This document shows positions 28,888 to 38,342 of a DNA stretch of 64,000 nucleotides, piece after piece. The stretch spans positions 7,113-71,112 of the forward strand of contig JBGTDR010000050.1 of NCBI GenBank assembly GCA_041748215.1, read 5' to 3'. This stretch comes from Chthoniobacterales bacterium. Its GTDB lineage: Bacteria > Verrucomicrobiota > Verrucomicrobiia > Chthoniobacterales > JAATET01. Position numbers and translations under genes: made by a program. Position 1 is the stretch's first letter; each line of letters opens with the position of its first letter. The notes below the pieces were generated by a model, which worked only from the letters and a program-made list of their open reading frames with translations, made no database searches and was not told the origin of the DNA.

Positions 28888-29030
28888 CGCAGGGAACCCG
28901 CCGCGTCGGAAGCACCTCTCGCTAACCTTGCCGACCGCGTTCTGCGGAACCGGTTGGAAATTCCCCCCGTCCCGTTTCCACCGCGAGGGGCCGGGAACCG
29001 ATCGAGCGAAGCGTCCGTCTTGACAAGTAA

Positions 29031-29046
29031 TCAAACGTATGTTTGA
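29031..29046. promoter_or_regulatory. Inverted repeat TCAAAC-GTAT-GTTTGA, candidate TetR operator overlapping a sigma70-like promoter
   Basis: 6-bp perfect arms with a 4-bp spacer. It lies between TTGACA (29020-29025) and a weak -10 candidate TGAAAT (29044-29049, 18-nt spacing), directly in front of the tetR-exporter operon. Confidence 0.35.
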
Positions 29047-29696
29047 AATACAGCGTGGCGGCTGAACTGAATCGAAATGTGAGTGGCGAGCAGACGCGGG
29101 CGCGTTTGCTGGATGTGGCGGAGCGATTGTTTGCCGAACTCGGTTACGACGGCACGTCGCTGAGGGCGCTGGCCGCCGATGCGGCGGTGAATCTGGCGGC
29201 GGTGAATTATCATTTCGAGACGAAGGAGGCCCTTTACGCGGAAGCGTTCGCGCGGCGGTTTCGCGAAGTGAATGTCGAGCGGGACAAACTCCTGGAGGAA
29301 GCGGCTGAGAAGTGGGGTGGGGGGGTATTGCCGGTGCGGGAGGTGTTGCACGCGATTTTGTGGCCGGCATTTTGCATGACACAACGCCGTCCGCATTTCC
29401 GGGATTTACTGGCCCGGAATCTTCTGACGCCGCCGCCATTTCTGCGCGAGGTGGTGGCGCGGGAGAACGGCGCGATCATGGCGCGATTTGTGAAAGAAAT
29501 GATGCGGAGCGCGCCGCATTTGTCGCGGGAGCAGACATTCACCCGAATGCAGTTCACGGCGGGCAGCCTGTTGTTCCTGGTAGCCTCGAATGATCCGATC
29601 AAGGTTCCGTTCCGGCCGCTGAAAGGTTCGAAGGCCTACGAAGAGCTGCTGGCATTCGCCACGGCGGGAATGGAAACCGGAGGGCCTCCGCTGTGA
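29043..29696 (+). CDS. TetR-family transcriptional regulator
   Basis: The HTH region is TRARLLDVAERLFAELGYDGTSLRALAADAAVNLAAVNYHF. 29043 (TTG) is the ORF upper bound. The true start is more likely GTG at 29055 or 29079, because 29043 sits inside the putative promoter. Confidence 0.85.
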   Translation: MKYSVAAELNRNVSGEQTRARLLDVAERLFAELGYDGTSLRALAADAAVNLAAVNYHFETKEALYAEAFARRFREVNVERDKLLEEAAEKWGGGVLPVREVLHAILWPAFCMTQRRPHFRDLLARNLLTPPPFLREVVARENGAIMARFVKEMMRSAPHLSREQTFTRMQFTAGSLLFLVASNDPIKVPFRPLKGSKAYEELLAFATAGMETGGPPL

Positions 29697-30832
29697 TCGG
29701 CATTGCTTTCACGATGCTTTTCGGTGCGAAGGGCAAATACCTCATGCTGGTCAGCGGAATCGCGTTTGCGACGATTCTGATGATCCAAGGGATGGCGTTG
29801 TTCTGCGGACTGCTCAGCTTTTCCTATGCGACCCTCGATAACATCCGGAGTCCGATTTGGGTCACGGATCCGATTGTCGCTCAGGTCGCAGACAATCAGC
29901 CGCTGCGCGACACCGACATCTCGCGGGTGCGATCCGTTCCCGGGGTGGCGTGGGCCGCACCGCTGTTTGTCGGATCGGCCCAGGCGCGGGTCATCGAGCA
30001 TTCTCTTGCGAAGCAGGTGAGTGTGGTTGGTCTGGATGCAACGACGTTCATGGGCGCGCCGACCGAATTGGTGGCAGGCCGGATTGAAGATCTGCGGGCA
30101 CCGGATTCGGTGATCCTCGACGAACGCGGGACGACCCTGCTGAGCAGCGATCATCGGCGGCCGCTGATGGTGGGAGACGAATTCGAAATGAACGACCGGA
30201 CCGCACGGGTCGTGGGGATTTGTAAAGCGACGGCTGCACTGGGCGGCGGATCGTACGTGTTCACGACGTATGATCGAGCGGTGCAATATTCGCCGGGCCA
30301 GCGGAAAATGCTGAGTTTCATTCTTGTGATTCCGGACCGTGGCACGCCAGTAACGTCGGTAACCGCTGCCATCGAAGAGGCAACCGGTTTGCGGGCGCGG
30401 ACCGAGGATCAATTTCGGATGTCGACGGTGCTCTGGACGCTGGAAAACAGCCCGATTCCACTGGTAGTCGGCCTGATCGTGGGGGTCGGATTTCTGGTTG
30501 GAACGGTCATATCCGGTCAGACATTTTACACCTTCGTGGCGGAGAACACGCGTTACCTCGGGGCGCTGAAAGCGATGGGAACGGAGAATCAGACACTCGT
30601 TCGCATGATCCTCGCGCAGGCAGGCTCGGTCGGGCTGGTGGGATATGGAGTTGGCATCGGCGTGATCAGTCTTGTGTTTTTCATCATTCCCCCGGGCCGC
30701 GCGCCGTTGCTGCTGCTCTGGCCCGTCCCGTTGGTTGCGCTCGGAGCGGTCCTGCTGATCTGCCTGTTTTCCGCAATGCTGGCGGTTCGTAACGTTGTGC
30801 GGCTTGAACCCGCAATTGTCTTCCGGGGATGA
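29693..30832 (+). CDS. ABC exporter permease, FtsX/DevC-like
   Basis: GTGA overlap with tetR. It has an N-terminal TM, a large periplasmic domain and a C-terminal 3-TM FtsX-type domain. Confidence 0.8.
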   Translation: MIGIAFTMLFGAKGKYLMLVSGIAFATILMIQGMALFCGLLSFSYATLDNIRSPIWVTDPIVAQVADNQPLRDTDISRVRSVPGVAWAAPLFVGSAQARVIEHSLAKQVSVVGLDATTFMGAPTELVAGRIEDLRAPDSVILDERGTTLLSSDHRRPLMVGDEFEMNDRTARVVGICKATAALGGGSYVFTTYDRAVQYSPGQRKMLSFILVIPDRGTPVTSVTAAIEEATGLRARTEDQFRMSTVLWTLENSPIPLVVGLIVGVGFLVGTVISGQTFYTFVAENTRYLGALKAMGTENQTLVRMILAQAGSVGLVGYGVGIGVISLVFFIIPPGRAPLLLLWPVPLVALGAVLLICLFSAMLAVRNVVRLEPAIVFRG

Positions 30833-31545
30833 CTGCTTCCGTTCAGCTCGAGCAGGTCGAGAAATCGTTCGTCAACGGCGACACGACGACGCAGGTCCTC
30901 AAAGCGGTCGATTTCCAGGCATTTGCCGGACAAATCCTTTTTCTCATTGGTCCGTCGGGCTGCGGGAAGACGACCTTGCTCTCCATTCTGTGCGGAACGC
31001 TTTCGGCCGACGCGGGGACCATCGGTGTGCTGGGTGAGCGGCTCGACGAACTCGGCGAACCGCACCTGACGCGATTTCGCGCGCGCCGTGTCGGTTTCAT
31101 TTTCCAGTCGTTCAACCTCATCCCGACGTTGACCCTGGCGCAAAATGTGGCCGTGCCGTTGATCATCCTTCGCCGACCGGCCCGGGAGGCTCACGACCGC
31201 GCGCGCGAGCTTCTCGACAAAGTCGGTCTGGGTGCAAAGACGGCAGAATATCCAAGCCGCCTTTCGGGTGGCCAGCAGCAGCGGGTCGCCATCGCCCGGG
31301 CTCTTGTGCATGAGCCCGATCTCCTGATTTGCGACGAGCCGACCTCGGCCCTCGACTCCAAAACGGGCCACCACGTCATGGAGCTGCTCCGGGATTCTGC
31401 GGCGGATCGGTCGCGCACGGTCATCATCGTGACGCACGACCACCGGATCTACGGGTATGCCGACCGAATGGCCGAAATGGAGGACGGCCGGATCGGGCGC
31501 GTCCTCGCCAACCGTGGAGAAATCGCCGCCGCCCACAACCTATGA
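30829..31545 (+). CDS. ABC exporter ATP-binding protein (DevA/MacB/LolD-like)
   Basis: ATGA overlap. Carries GPSGCGKTTLL, LSGGQQQRVAIARAL and LLICDEPTSALD. Confidence 0.9.
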   Translation: MTASVQLEQVEKSFVNGDTTTQVLKAVDFQAFAGQILFLIGPSGCGKTTLLSILCGTLSADAGTIGVLGERLDELGEPHLTRFRARRVGFIFQSFNLIPTLTLAQNVAVPLIILRRPAREAHDRARELLDKVGLGAKTAEYPSRLSGGQQQRVAIARALVHEPDLLICDEPTSALDSKTGHHVMELLRDSAADRSRTVIIVTHDHRIYGYADRMAEMEDGRIGRVLANRGEIAAAHNL

Positions 31546-32450
31546 AAATCTCGACTCTCACCATTGGCATCGCGCTGGCTGGCCTGGCCGCAGCGGCCGT
31601 GATTGTGGTCAATGTCAATTCGCCAAAACCGCAGCCAGCTGTTCCCGTAGCGCCCCCGGAGAAGCCGTTCGCCACGTCCCTTGGCGCGACGGGATTGATC
31701 GAAGCTCTCGACGAAAACACCCGCATCGGAGCACCGGTTTCCGGCCTCGTGGACAGGGTCGTTGTCAAAGTCTGGGACCGCGTGCGCTCCGGTGATCCGC
31801 TCTTCCAGCTCGATGACACCGAACTCCAGGCCAGGCTCGGCCCTCAGCGCGCGGAGGTCGCCGTTCGCGAAGCCCGTCTCGCGGATTCCGACGACCTGTT
31901 TGCGCGTCAGCTCACCTTGCGAAAGACGGCCGTCGCGTCCGAGCAGGATTTTGAAAACGCCCGCAACGCCAAACGGGTCGCGGAAGCTGAGCTCCGTGCT
32001 GCTCGTGCAGCCGTGGCCGAGACCCAGGCATTGATCGATCGCCTCACCGTCCGGGCGCCGCGCGATGGGAGCATTCTTCAGGTCAATACCCGCGCCGGAG
32101 AGTATTTATCGCCGGACCCCGACAATCCTCCCGTTGTCCTGGGTGCAATCGAAGAAGTCCAGGTGCGGGCCGAAGTCGACGAACAGGTCGCTCCCCGACT
32201 GGAATCTGGTGCGAAGGCATTCGGATTTCTCAAGGGTGATGCGACCTCGCCGATCGCGTTGGAATTTGTCCGAATCGAACCGTTCGTCGTTCCCAAAAAA
32301 AGCCTCACGGGAGCCAGCTCCGAGCGCGTCGACACCCGCGTCCTGCAGGCCATTTACAAATTCCGCCCAACCGGTGACCGGCCCGTTTACGTCGGCCAGC
32401 AGATCGATCTTTTCATCGAACAATCGGCGATAGCCGCGTCAATGCGGTGA
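31542..32450 (+). CDS. Periplasmic adaptor (HlyD/DevB-like membrane fusion protein)
   Basis: ATGA overlap. It has an N-terminal TM (MKISTLTIGIALAGLAAAAVIVV), a lipoyl hairpin (GDPLFQLDD ... VRAPRDGSIL) and a coiled coil. Confidence 0.8.
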   Translation: MKISTLTIGIALAGLAAAAVIVVNVNSPKPQPAVPVAPPEKPFATSLGATGLIEALDENTRIGAPVSGLVDRVVVKVWDRVRSGDPLFQLDDTELQARLGPQRAEVAVREARLADSDDLFARQLTLRKTAVASEQDFENARNAKRVAEAELRAARAAVAETQALIDRLTVRAPRDGSILQVNTRAGEYLSPDPDNPPVVLGAIEEVQVRAEVDEQVAPRLESGAKAFGFLKGDATSPIALEFVRIEPFVVPKKSLTGASSERVDTRVLQAIYKFRPTGDRPVYVGQQIDLFIEQSAIAASMR

Positions 32451-33521
32451 CTTGTCAGCGGTCTTGTGCCGCGCTTCCGGCAAGCGAGGTTCATGCTGGT
32501 AGGCGGGGTTACGGGCTTGCTCACGCAGGATGGCGTTGATATCCCGCCAGACGCCGACCAGTCCGGACGGAGTGGGGGGCAGGTCGTGGCGGATCAGTAC
32601 GTGGAGCCGGCCAAGATTGTAGCAGGGGACGGCGGCATACATGTGGTGTTCGATGTGGTAGTTCATCTGCCAATATAGAAAACGCAGTGCAGGGCAGAGG
32701 GTGTAGGTGCGGCAGCAAAGTCGGAAGTCACTGACATTATCTTTCAGACCGATATGTTGTGTGTTGTTACAGAGAAAGAACAGCCACGTCCCGTAAACTC
32801 GAGGTCCACAGGTCATTAGCGGAATGATCCATTGTCCGGTGGCAAAAGAGAGGACAACGATCGCGAGATGGCCGATCAGGATCGTACGCGCCCAGCGAAC
32901 CGGCACCCGGCGCCGCGCGGGGTCCGACTCTGGATAGAGCGTCAATTCCCACTCCCCCCGAAACTGGCCGCGGGCGATCCGCACGGTGTCGCCGAGAGTT
33001 CGGAAAAAAGCGAAGGGATCGACCAACCCGGATTTTAGTACGTGCCAGAACATCATTTTCACCGGCAGAACGACTTCGAGATCGTCGGGCGGATGGAGCG
33101 TGTAGCGGTGATGTCGAATGTGGCTGGATTGAAACAGCTCGTGATTGATCCACCCGAGAAAGGCGAAAATGCGGCAGAAAAATGTGTTAAGCCATCGAGT
33201 TTTGAAAACCGTGCCGTGCCCAAGTTCGTGCACCGCATTGATCAAGAACGCAGACACCATGCCGTAGCAAAAAACAAAGCCAACGGTTGCCCACCACGGA
33301 CCGTGATGGAACGAAACCCACGCGGATCCGGCCGCAACAACCTGAAGACCCAGATATCCCAGCGTTTGAACGCTGGCTTTAAAATCGCTCTTTTCGTGAA
33401 GCGCCTTGAGTGCGCCTGACGGGAGTTTGGTACGGTACCAGCAAATCGCCTGATTCCGGCGCACGGACTCGGTGAATTCTTTCAACGGAGGTTCCGGCTG
33501 GAGAACGGGTCGGTTGGACAT
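32439..33521 (-). CDS. Fatty-acid desaturase-family membrane di-iron enzyme
   Basis: Three His boxes are present: HELGHG, HIRHHRY and HIEHHMY. Hydrophobic segments lie between them. Confidence 0.8.
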   Translation of the reverse strand: MSNRPVLQPEPPLKEFTESVRRNQAICWYRTKLPSGALKALHEKSDFKASVQTLGYLGLQVVAAGSAWVSFHHGPWWATVGFVFCYGMVSAFLINAVHELGHGTVFKTRWLNTFFCRIFAFLGWINHELFQSSHIRHHRYTLHPPDDLEVVLPVKMMFWHVLKSGLVDPFAFFRTLGDTVRIARGQFRGEWELTLYPESDPARRRVPVRWARTILIGHLAIVVLSFATGQWIIPLMTCGPRVYGTWLFFLCNNTQHIGLKDNVSDFRLCCRTYTLCPALRFLYWQMNYHIEHHMYAAVPCYNLGRLHVLIRHDLPPTPSGLVGVWRDINAILREQARNPAYQHEPRLPEARHKTADKSPH

Positions 33522-33587
33522 GAGGAAAACCTACAGCCCCGAGGTGCGATATTGCTTCCAACATTGAATCGCAGTACGTTTTCGAAC

Positions 33588-34496
33588 ATGGCGGTATCGG
33601 CCCTCCAGTCCGCGTGGAAGCGCACGGTTGTTGACCTTCGCCCGCACGGGATCAAGTCGGTGCCAATGCTTGGCCGCTACGATTACAGCCACGCCAACTA
33701 CGCGTTGGAGGATCACAGCCATCCCGGAGCGATCGAAATTTGCTTACTCGTTCGTGGTCGCCAAACGTACTCGGTCGGCGGCGAAAAATTTCACCTGCAG
33801 GGTGGCGACATTTTTATGACGTTTCCCGATGAGTCCCACGGCTCTGGAGGAAACCCTGAGGAGAAAGGTCTGCTCTACTGGATGACCGTGCTCGATCCGT
33901 CCCAGACGAGCGGTTCGTTGATCGGGTTGTCTGTTGCTCAGAGCAAAGTACTCTGGAGATCGCTCACGCAAAATTCCCGTCGACATTTCCCGGGAACTCC
34001 AGATTTGAAAAAACATCAGGACACGATCCTGCGCACGGTGCGTTCGCCCCAGCACGCGTTGTCGGGAGTGACGATATCAAATCACCTGATCGGGTTTCTG
34101 CTGGCCATCGTTGCCGCTCGAAGCGCTTTTTTGAACATTTCGGACACCCGATTCGCGAAAGTTCTGGCCTACGTTGAAGCGCACCTTGCCGAACCGGAAG
34201 CACTGACGGTGGACACACTCGCGCGTCTGGCTGAGCTCTCGACGTCTCGGTTCAAAACCCGCTTTCGGCAGGAGCAGGGGATGCCGCCAGCGGAATTTGT
34301 GTTGCGCCAACGCATCGCGGAAGCCCGGCGAAGGCTGGCCCGTCCTGACGCTTCGGTGACCGATGTGGCGTTCGAGCTGGGATTTTCCTCGTCTCAATAC
34401 TTCGCGTCCTCGTTCAAACGTTTGACCAATACGACGCCAAGGGACTTCCAACGGTCTGCGGGCGGATCGAAGGTTCACGGGGCTGATGGTGCATAA
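33588..34496 (+). CDS. AraC-family transcriptional regulator (cupin + HTH)
   Basis: The N-terminal cupin region is HSHPGAIEICLLVRG. The C-terminal AraC HTH region is VTDVAFELGFSSSQYFASSFKRLTNTTPRDF. The ATG at 33588 is preferred to the TTG at 33552. Confidence 0.85.
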   Translation: MAVSALQSAWKRTVVDLRPHGIKSVPMLGRYDYSHANYALEDHSHPGAIEICLLVRGRQTYSVGGEKFHLQGGDIFMTFPDESHGSGGNPEEKGLLYWMTVLDPSQTSGSLIGLSVAQSKVLWRSLTQNSRRHFPGTPDLKKHQDTILRTVRSPQHALSGVTISNHLIGFLLAIVAARSAFLNISDTRFAKVLAYVEAHLAEPEALTVDTLARLAELSTSRFKTRFRQEQGMPPAEFVLRQRIAEARRRLARPDASVTDVAFELGFSSSQYFASSFKRLTNTTPRDFQRSAGGSKVHGADGA

Positions 34497-34571
34497 GGGC
34501 AATTGTTACGGAACTGTCATTTTCGTGGCGTTGCGGTTGGATGCAATGGGCGATGACTTTTGCGAGCGAAG

Positions 34572-35345
34572 ATGACCGTCGAATCCGAGCCCCTTTTGTG
34601 TGTGAACGAGCTGCGCAAGAGCTTTGACGAGGTCGAAATTCTCAAAGGCATCAGCCTGACCGTCGAGGAGGGCGATCTGGTTTCGATCATTGGCCCTTCG
34701 GGTTGCGGCAAATCGACATTTTTACGGTGCCTGAACTTTTTGGAAATCCCGGATGCCGGGCGCATCGCCATCGCGGGGGTGACGATTGATTGTGGCACGC
34801 CCGATCAGCCGCCGCCGGTTGACGTGAAGAAACGCGCCCACGAGATGCGGCAGCACGTCGGCATGGTCTTCCAGCAATTCAATCTGTTTCCGCACAAGAC
34901 GATCCTGGAAAACCTGATGCTCGCTCCGACGGTGCTGAAGCGGGCATCGCACGACGAAGCGGAGGCCAACGGTCTGCGGCTGCTGGAAAAAGTCGGGTTG
35001 GCCGACTTGCGCGACCGGTACCCGGCAACGCTTTCCGGTGGCCAGCAACAGCGTGCCGCGATTGCCCGGGCCCTCGCGATGAATCCGCAGGTGATGCTGT
35101 ACGATGAGCCGACATCCGCGCTCGATCCTGAGCTTGTGGACGAGGTGCTCCAGGTAATGCGCGACCTTGATGCCGAAGGCATGACACAGATCGTGGTCAC
35201 GCACGAAATCCGTTTCGCGCGCGACGCGTCCGACTACATCGTTTTTATGGAGGGCGGTCACATCGTTGAGGTTTCCGACGAGGATGAAATTTTTGAGAAC
35301 CCGAAGGACGAACGCACCCGGCGTTTCCTTCGTCGATTCATCTGA
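34572..35345 (+). CDS. Polar amino-acid ABC transporter ATP-binding protein (GlnQ/HisP type)
   Basis: Carries GPSGCGKSTFLRCLN, LSGGQQQRAAIARALAMNPQVMLYDEPTSALDPE and a C-terminal RTRRFL. Confidence 0.92.
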   Translation: MTVESEPLLCVNELRKSFDEVEILKGISLTVEEGDLVSIIGPSGCGKSTFLRCLNFLEIPDAGRIAIAGVTIDCGTPDQPPPVDVKKRAHEMRQHVGMVFQQFNLFPHKTILENLMLAPTVLKRASHDEAEANGLRLLEKVGLADLRDRYPATLSGGQQQRAAIARALAMNPQVMLYDEPTSALDPELVDEVLQVMRDLDAEGMTQIVVTHEIRFARDASDYIVFMEGGHIVEVSDEDEIFENPKDERTRRFLRRFI

Positions 35346-35361
35346 ACAACGGATTGCACGG

Positions 35362-36924
35362 ATGACACGGAGGGGGAAAACATTGGAGCGGCTTGTCCGG
35401 CGGATCGCATTTCTTGCGGTGATCTCCGTGGTGTCAGTGCTTCACGCGCAGGAGAAGGTTCTGCGTTGGGCGGCGGATCCGGACAGCAACGCGCCGTTCG
35501 CGTTTTACGGGCCGAACGACAAACTTACCGGGTTCGAATACGAAATCATCACGGCGCTGGCTCGCGAGATGGGTCGCACGCCAGAATTCGTGCAGAATGA
35601 TTGGGATGGATTGATCCCGGGTCTCGGTCGCGGGCTTTACGACGTTGTCATTTGCGGAATCGAGATCACGCCCGACAAAGCCGGCGAGGTCCTGTTTTCC
35701 AATCCCTATTACGTGACGTTCGAGCAGTTTGTGGATCGCCGCGGTACCGTGCCGATCAACTCACTGGCCCAACTCGCCGGCAAGGAAATCGGCACGCTCG
35801 ACCAGACGGCCGCCCTCGCGATGCTGGAGTCGACACCTGGCGTCGTCGCGAAGTCGTACGACGAGGAGGTGAACGCCTACAACGACGTGGTAAACGGCCG
35901 GCTCTACGGAGTGCTTCTCGATTACCCGATCGCAAAATATTACGCCGCACCGAACCCAAAGCTGCAGTTCAGCGGTCCGCCTTTCGGCCAGATCACCTAC
36001 GGCATCGCGATGACGAAGGGAAACGTGGAGCTGCAGCAGGAGATCAACACGGCGCTCGAGCGGCTGGTCGCCAGCGGCGAGTTGCGCGACATCCTCTCGC
36101 GGTGGGGCCTTTGGACGCCGGTGATCGCCGGGGCTCTCGGCCAGCCCGAACAACCGTCGGTGCCTGACACGGAATACAAGGCATTCGTGGCTTCGACGGC
36201 GCCACCCGCCACGCTCGGTGAGAGGCTCCTGCGGTTCTGGTCATACTGGCCGTTGTTGTTGCGGGCGGCCTTGCTCACGCTGGAGGTTTCCATTCTCGGC
36301 ATGGCTCTGGCGATCGCGGTCGGGTTCACGCTGGCGGTAATGCGCGTTTACGGTCCGTGGCCGCTGCGCTGGGCCGCAACGCTCTTCATCGAGGTCGTGC
36401 GTGGAACGCCGCTGCTCATCCAGCTCCTCATCATTTTTTACGGACTGCCGAACATCGGCATCAAGCTGAGTCCGTTCGTCGCGGGTTTGCTGGGTCTCGG
36501 CTTGAATTATGCCGCTTACGAAGCCGAGAACTACCGGGCTGGTTTGATGGCCGTGCCGCGGGGCCAGATGGAGGCGGCGCGCGCCCTTGGAATGACTCAT
36601 CCGCAGGGGCTCTGGCACGTGGTGATCCCGCAGTCGTTCCGCCTCGTGCTGCCGCCGGTCACCAATGATTTTATCTCCCTGCTGAAAGATTCCTCGCTGG
36701 TGTCGATGGTCACGCTCATCGACCTGACCGGTGCTTACAACCGGATCGCGACGCAGACGTTCGATTATTTCGGCACCGGGTTGTTGATCGCGGCGATCTA
36801 TCTCCTGATCGGCCTGCCATTCGTTCGATTGGCCCGCTGGACCGAGGAGCGGCTCGCGGTGGACAAACGGAGACCGGGGCAACGGCCTGGCTTGATCAAA
36901 ACATCGCGGCCGCAAGTAGGTTGA
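35362..36924 (+). CDS. Fused family-3 solute-binding domain + amino-acid ABC permease
   Basis: Signal/TM segment, then an SBP_bac_3-like domain (DWDGLIPGLGRGLYDVVICGIEITPDKA...FSNPYY), then the permease EAA loop (EAARALGMTHPQGLWHVVIPQ). Confidence 0.85.
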   Translation: MTRRGKTLERLVRRIAFLAVISVVSVLHAQEKVLRWAADPDSNAPFAFYGPNDKLTGFEYEIITALAREMGRTPEFVQNDWDGLIPGLGRGLYDVVICGIEITPDKAGEVLFSNPYYVTFEQFVDRRGTVPINSLAQLAGKEIGTLDQTAALAMLESTPGVVAKSYDEEVNAYNDVVNGRLYGVLLDYPIAKYYAAPNPKLQFSGPPFGQITYGIAMTKGNVELQQEINTALERLVASGELRDILSRWGLWTPVIAGALGQPEQPSVPDTEYKAFVASTAPPATLGERLLRFWSYWPLLLRAALLTLEVSILGMALAIAVGFTLAVMRVYGPWPLRWAATLFIEVVRGTPLLIQLLIIFYGLPNIGIKLSPFVAGLLGLGLNYAAYEAENYRAGLMAVPRGQMEAARALGMTHPQGLWHVVIPQSFRLVLPPVTNDFISLLKDSSLVSMVTLIDLTGAYNRIATQTFDYFGTGLLIAAIYLLIGLPFVRLARWTEERLAVDKRRPGQRPGLIKTSRPQVG

Positions 36925-37028
36925 CGCAGTGCCGTCACGGGCACGTTCGATTACGACGAATGCCCGGCACCACGCGGTGGCATTCTCGCTTGTTTTGCAC
37001 TTTCGGCGTTGCGTAAACTTTTCCGCAC

Positions 37029-37508
37029 ATGGCCGAACGAACGGAAGACTCGGACTTTTTTCAGGACCTCCACCGTTTTGCTTTCGTTCTCACTCGGAAT
37101 GCCGACACCGCGCGTCGGATCGTGACGGAAAGCCTTGATGAAGCGCTCCAACGGCACCGGGGCCACCTCGAGCATGAGCGCTGGGTGGTTCTTTGTTTTC
37201 AAGGTGTGCGAAAACGGGCACTGGCCAACGTCACGACCCCGAAGCCCGCTCTCCGCAATGTTCCCGACGAATTGCCTCCGGACGCCGACCGGGTGCTGGC
37301 CGACGCCGATCCGGATCTCGTGCTGGCCGCATTGCATAATTTGCCCGAACCCGGCCGCAGCGCACTGGTGGTGCTTTTGCTGAAGGTATTGGACGCGGAG
37401 GCGATGGAAAAAATGCTGGGCGTCGGACTGGGTGAGCTTTCCGACGCCGTTCACGCGGCGAGGCTTTCGCTGATCGAGGCGTGCCGGGTCGTCCGTCCGG
37501 TTTCATGA
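37029..37508 (+). CDS. Short ECF-type sigma factor-like protein
   Basis: 159 aa. The region-2-like segment is FAFVLTRNADTARRIVTESL. The region-4-like HTH is LPEPGRSALVVLLLKVLDAEAMEKMLGVGLGELSDAVHAARLSL. Confidence 0.5.
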   Translation: MAERTEDSDFFQDLHRFAFVLTRNADTARRIVTESLDEALQRHRGHLEHERWVVLCFQGVRKRALANVTTPKPALRNVPDELPPDADRVLADADPDLVLAALHNLPEPGRSALVVLLLKVLDAEAMEKMLGVGLGELSDAVHAARLSLIEACRVVRPVS

Positions 37509-38308
37509 ATGCCCGCACCGCCAGGCAGTTGCTGCGGTTGTATCGGCCGGGCGGGGAAGACGATGGGGATCGGGAATTCCGCGCGGCGTTCAAAACGGCG
37601 GGAAAATCCGCCGAAGTCGAAGCGGCCTTCCAGCGCCAGATTGCGTTCGATTGCGTCGCGGCGGATCGTCTGGAATCCGTGATCCCCGAAGTCGGAGCGG
37701 AGCAACTCGAGGGCTGTCGGGAAAAATTTGCGGTTCGCCGCCGCCGCGCGCGATTTTCCATCCACGACCCCGCGATGCTGGCGGTTGGATTTTCGACCCT
37801 GGTGCTGGTCGGATTGCTGGTCTGGGTGTTGCTCACGCGCATCGGAGGATTTGCCGGCATGGACGAGGCCGCGACACTCGCTCGAACGGGAGATGCCGCC
37901 GGAGCGGAGGAATACGATCCGCTTACGGCCAAGGCCGGAACGCTGGACGACTGGTTTCTTTTGCAGGGATTCGAAGGCTTCAAGGTGCCGCCCGGATTCG
38001 AGGACTTCGACGTGGTCGGCGTTCGTTTGTTTCACCATGAAGCTGAGCCGATCGCGGCGGTGGCGGTGCCGATTGCGGATCTTCCGGACGGCCGTGCTTT
38101 CTTTTACATGTTCGACAGCCGGCCATTGGGAATCATGCCCGAGCCGGAGGAAACGTGGCGAATGATCGACTACGGCAGCCCGGGCGCGGAACGGGTGCTG
38201 GCGGTGCGCGCAAAAGGCGGCATGACGTTTATGATTGCGTCCAAGGGGACACGCGGCGACATGGAACGCTTCCTGAGTGCGGTGGAAGCGCGTCCAGAGT
38301 CAAACTGA
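37505..38308 (+). CDS. Putative anti-sigma factor, single-pass membrane protein
   Basis: ATGA overlap with the sigma-like gene. It has a cytoplasmic N-terminal domain, one TM (AMLAVGFSTLVLVGLLVWVLL) and a periplasmic C-terminal domain. Confidence 0.5.
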   Translation: MNARTARQLLRLYRPGGEDDGDREFRAAFKTAGKSAEVEAAFQRQIAFDCVAADRLESVIPEVGAEQLEGCREKFAVRRRRARFSIHDPAMLAVGFSTLVLVGLLVWVLLTRIGGFAGMDEAATLARTGDAAGAEEYDPLTAKAGTLDDWFLLQGFEGFKVPPGFEDFDVVGVRLFHHEAEPIAAVAVPIADLPDGRAFFYMFDSRPLGIMPEPEETWRMIDYGSPGAERVLAVRAKGGMTFMIASKGTRGDMERFLSAVEARPESN

Positions 38309-38342
38309 CCTCGCACTGGCCGTCGCGCTGCGGAAACATCAC

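Noticed and set aside
32439-34496. The desaturase/AraC divergent pair looked like a low-GC horizontally acquired islet. Several 60-nt lines count 47-52% GC.
   Set aside because: Counting more lines shows a patchy picture: 47-73% GC within the same genes, and similar low-GC lines in the neighbouring ABC ATPase gene. There is no clean compositional boundary, so a sliding-window GC/codon analysis is needed before calling it foreign.
36929-37138. A small ORF of 69 aa lies in the gap before the sigma-like gene.
   Set aside because: It overlaps the better-supported 37029 start in another frame, and it has no RBS or motif support.
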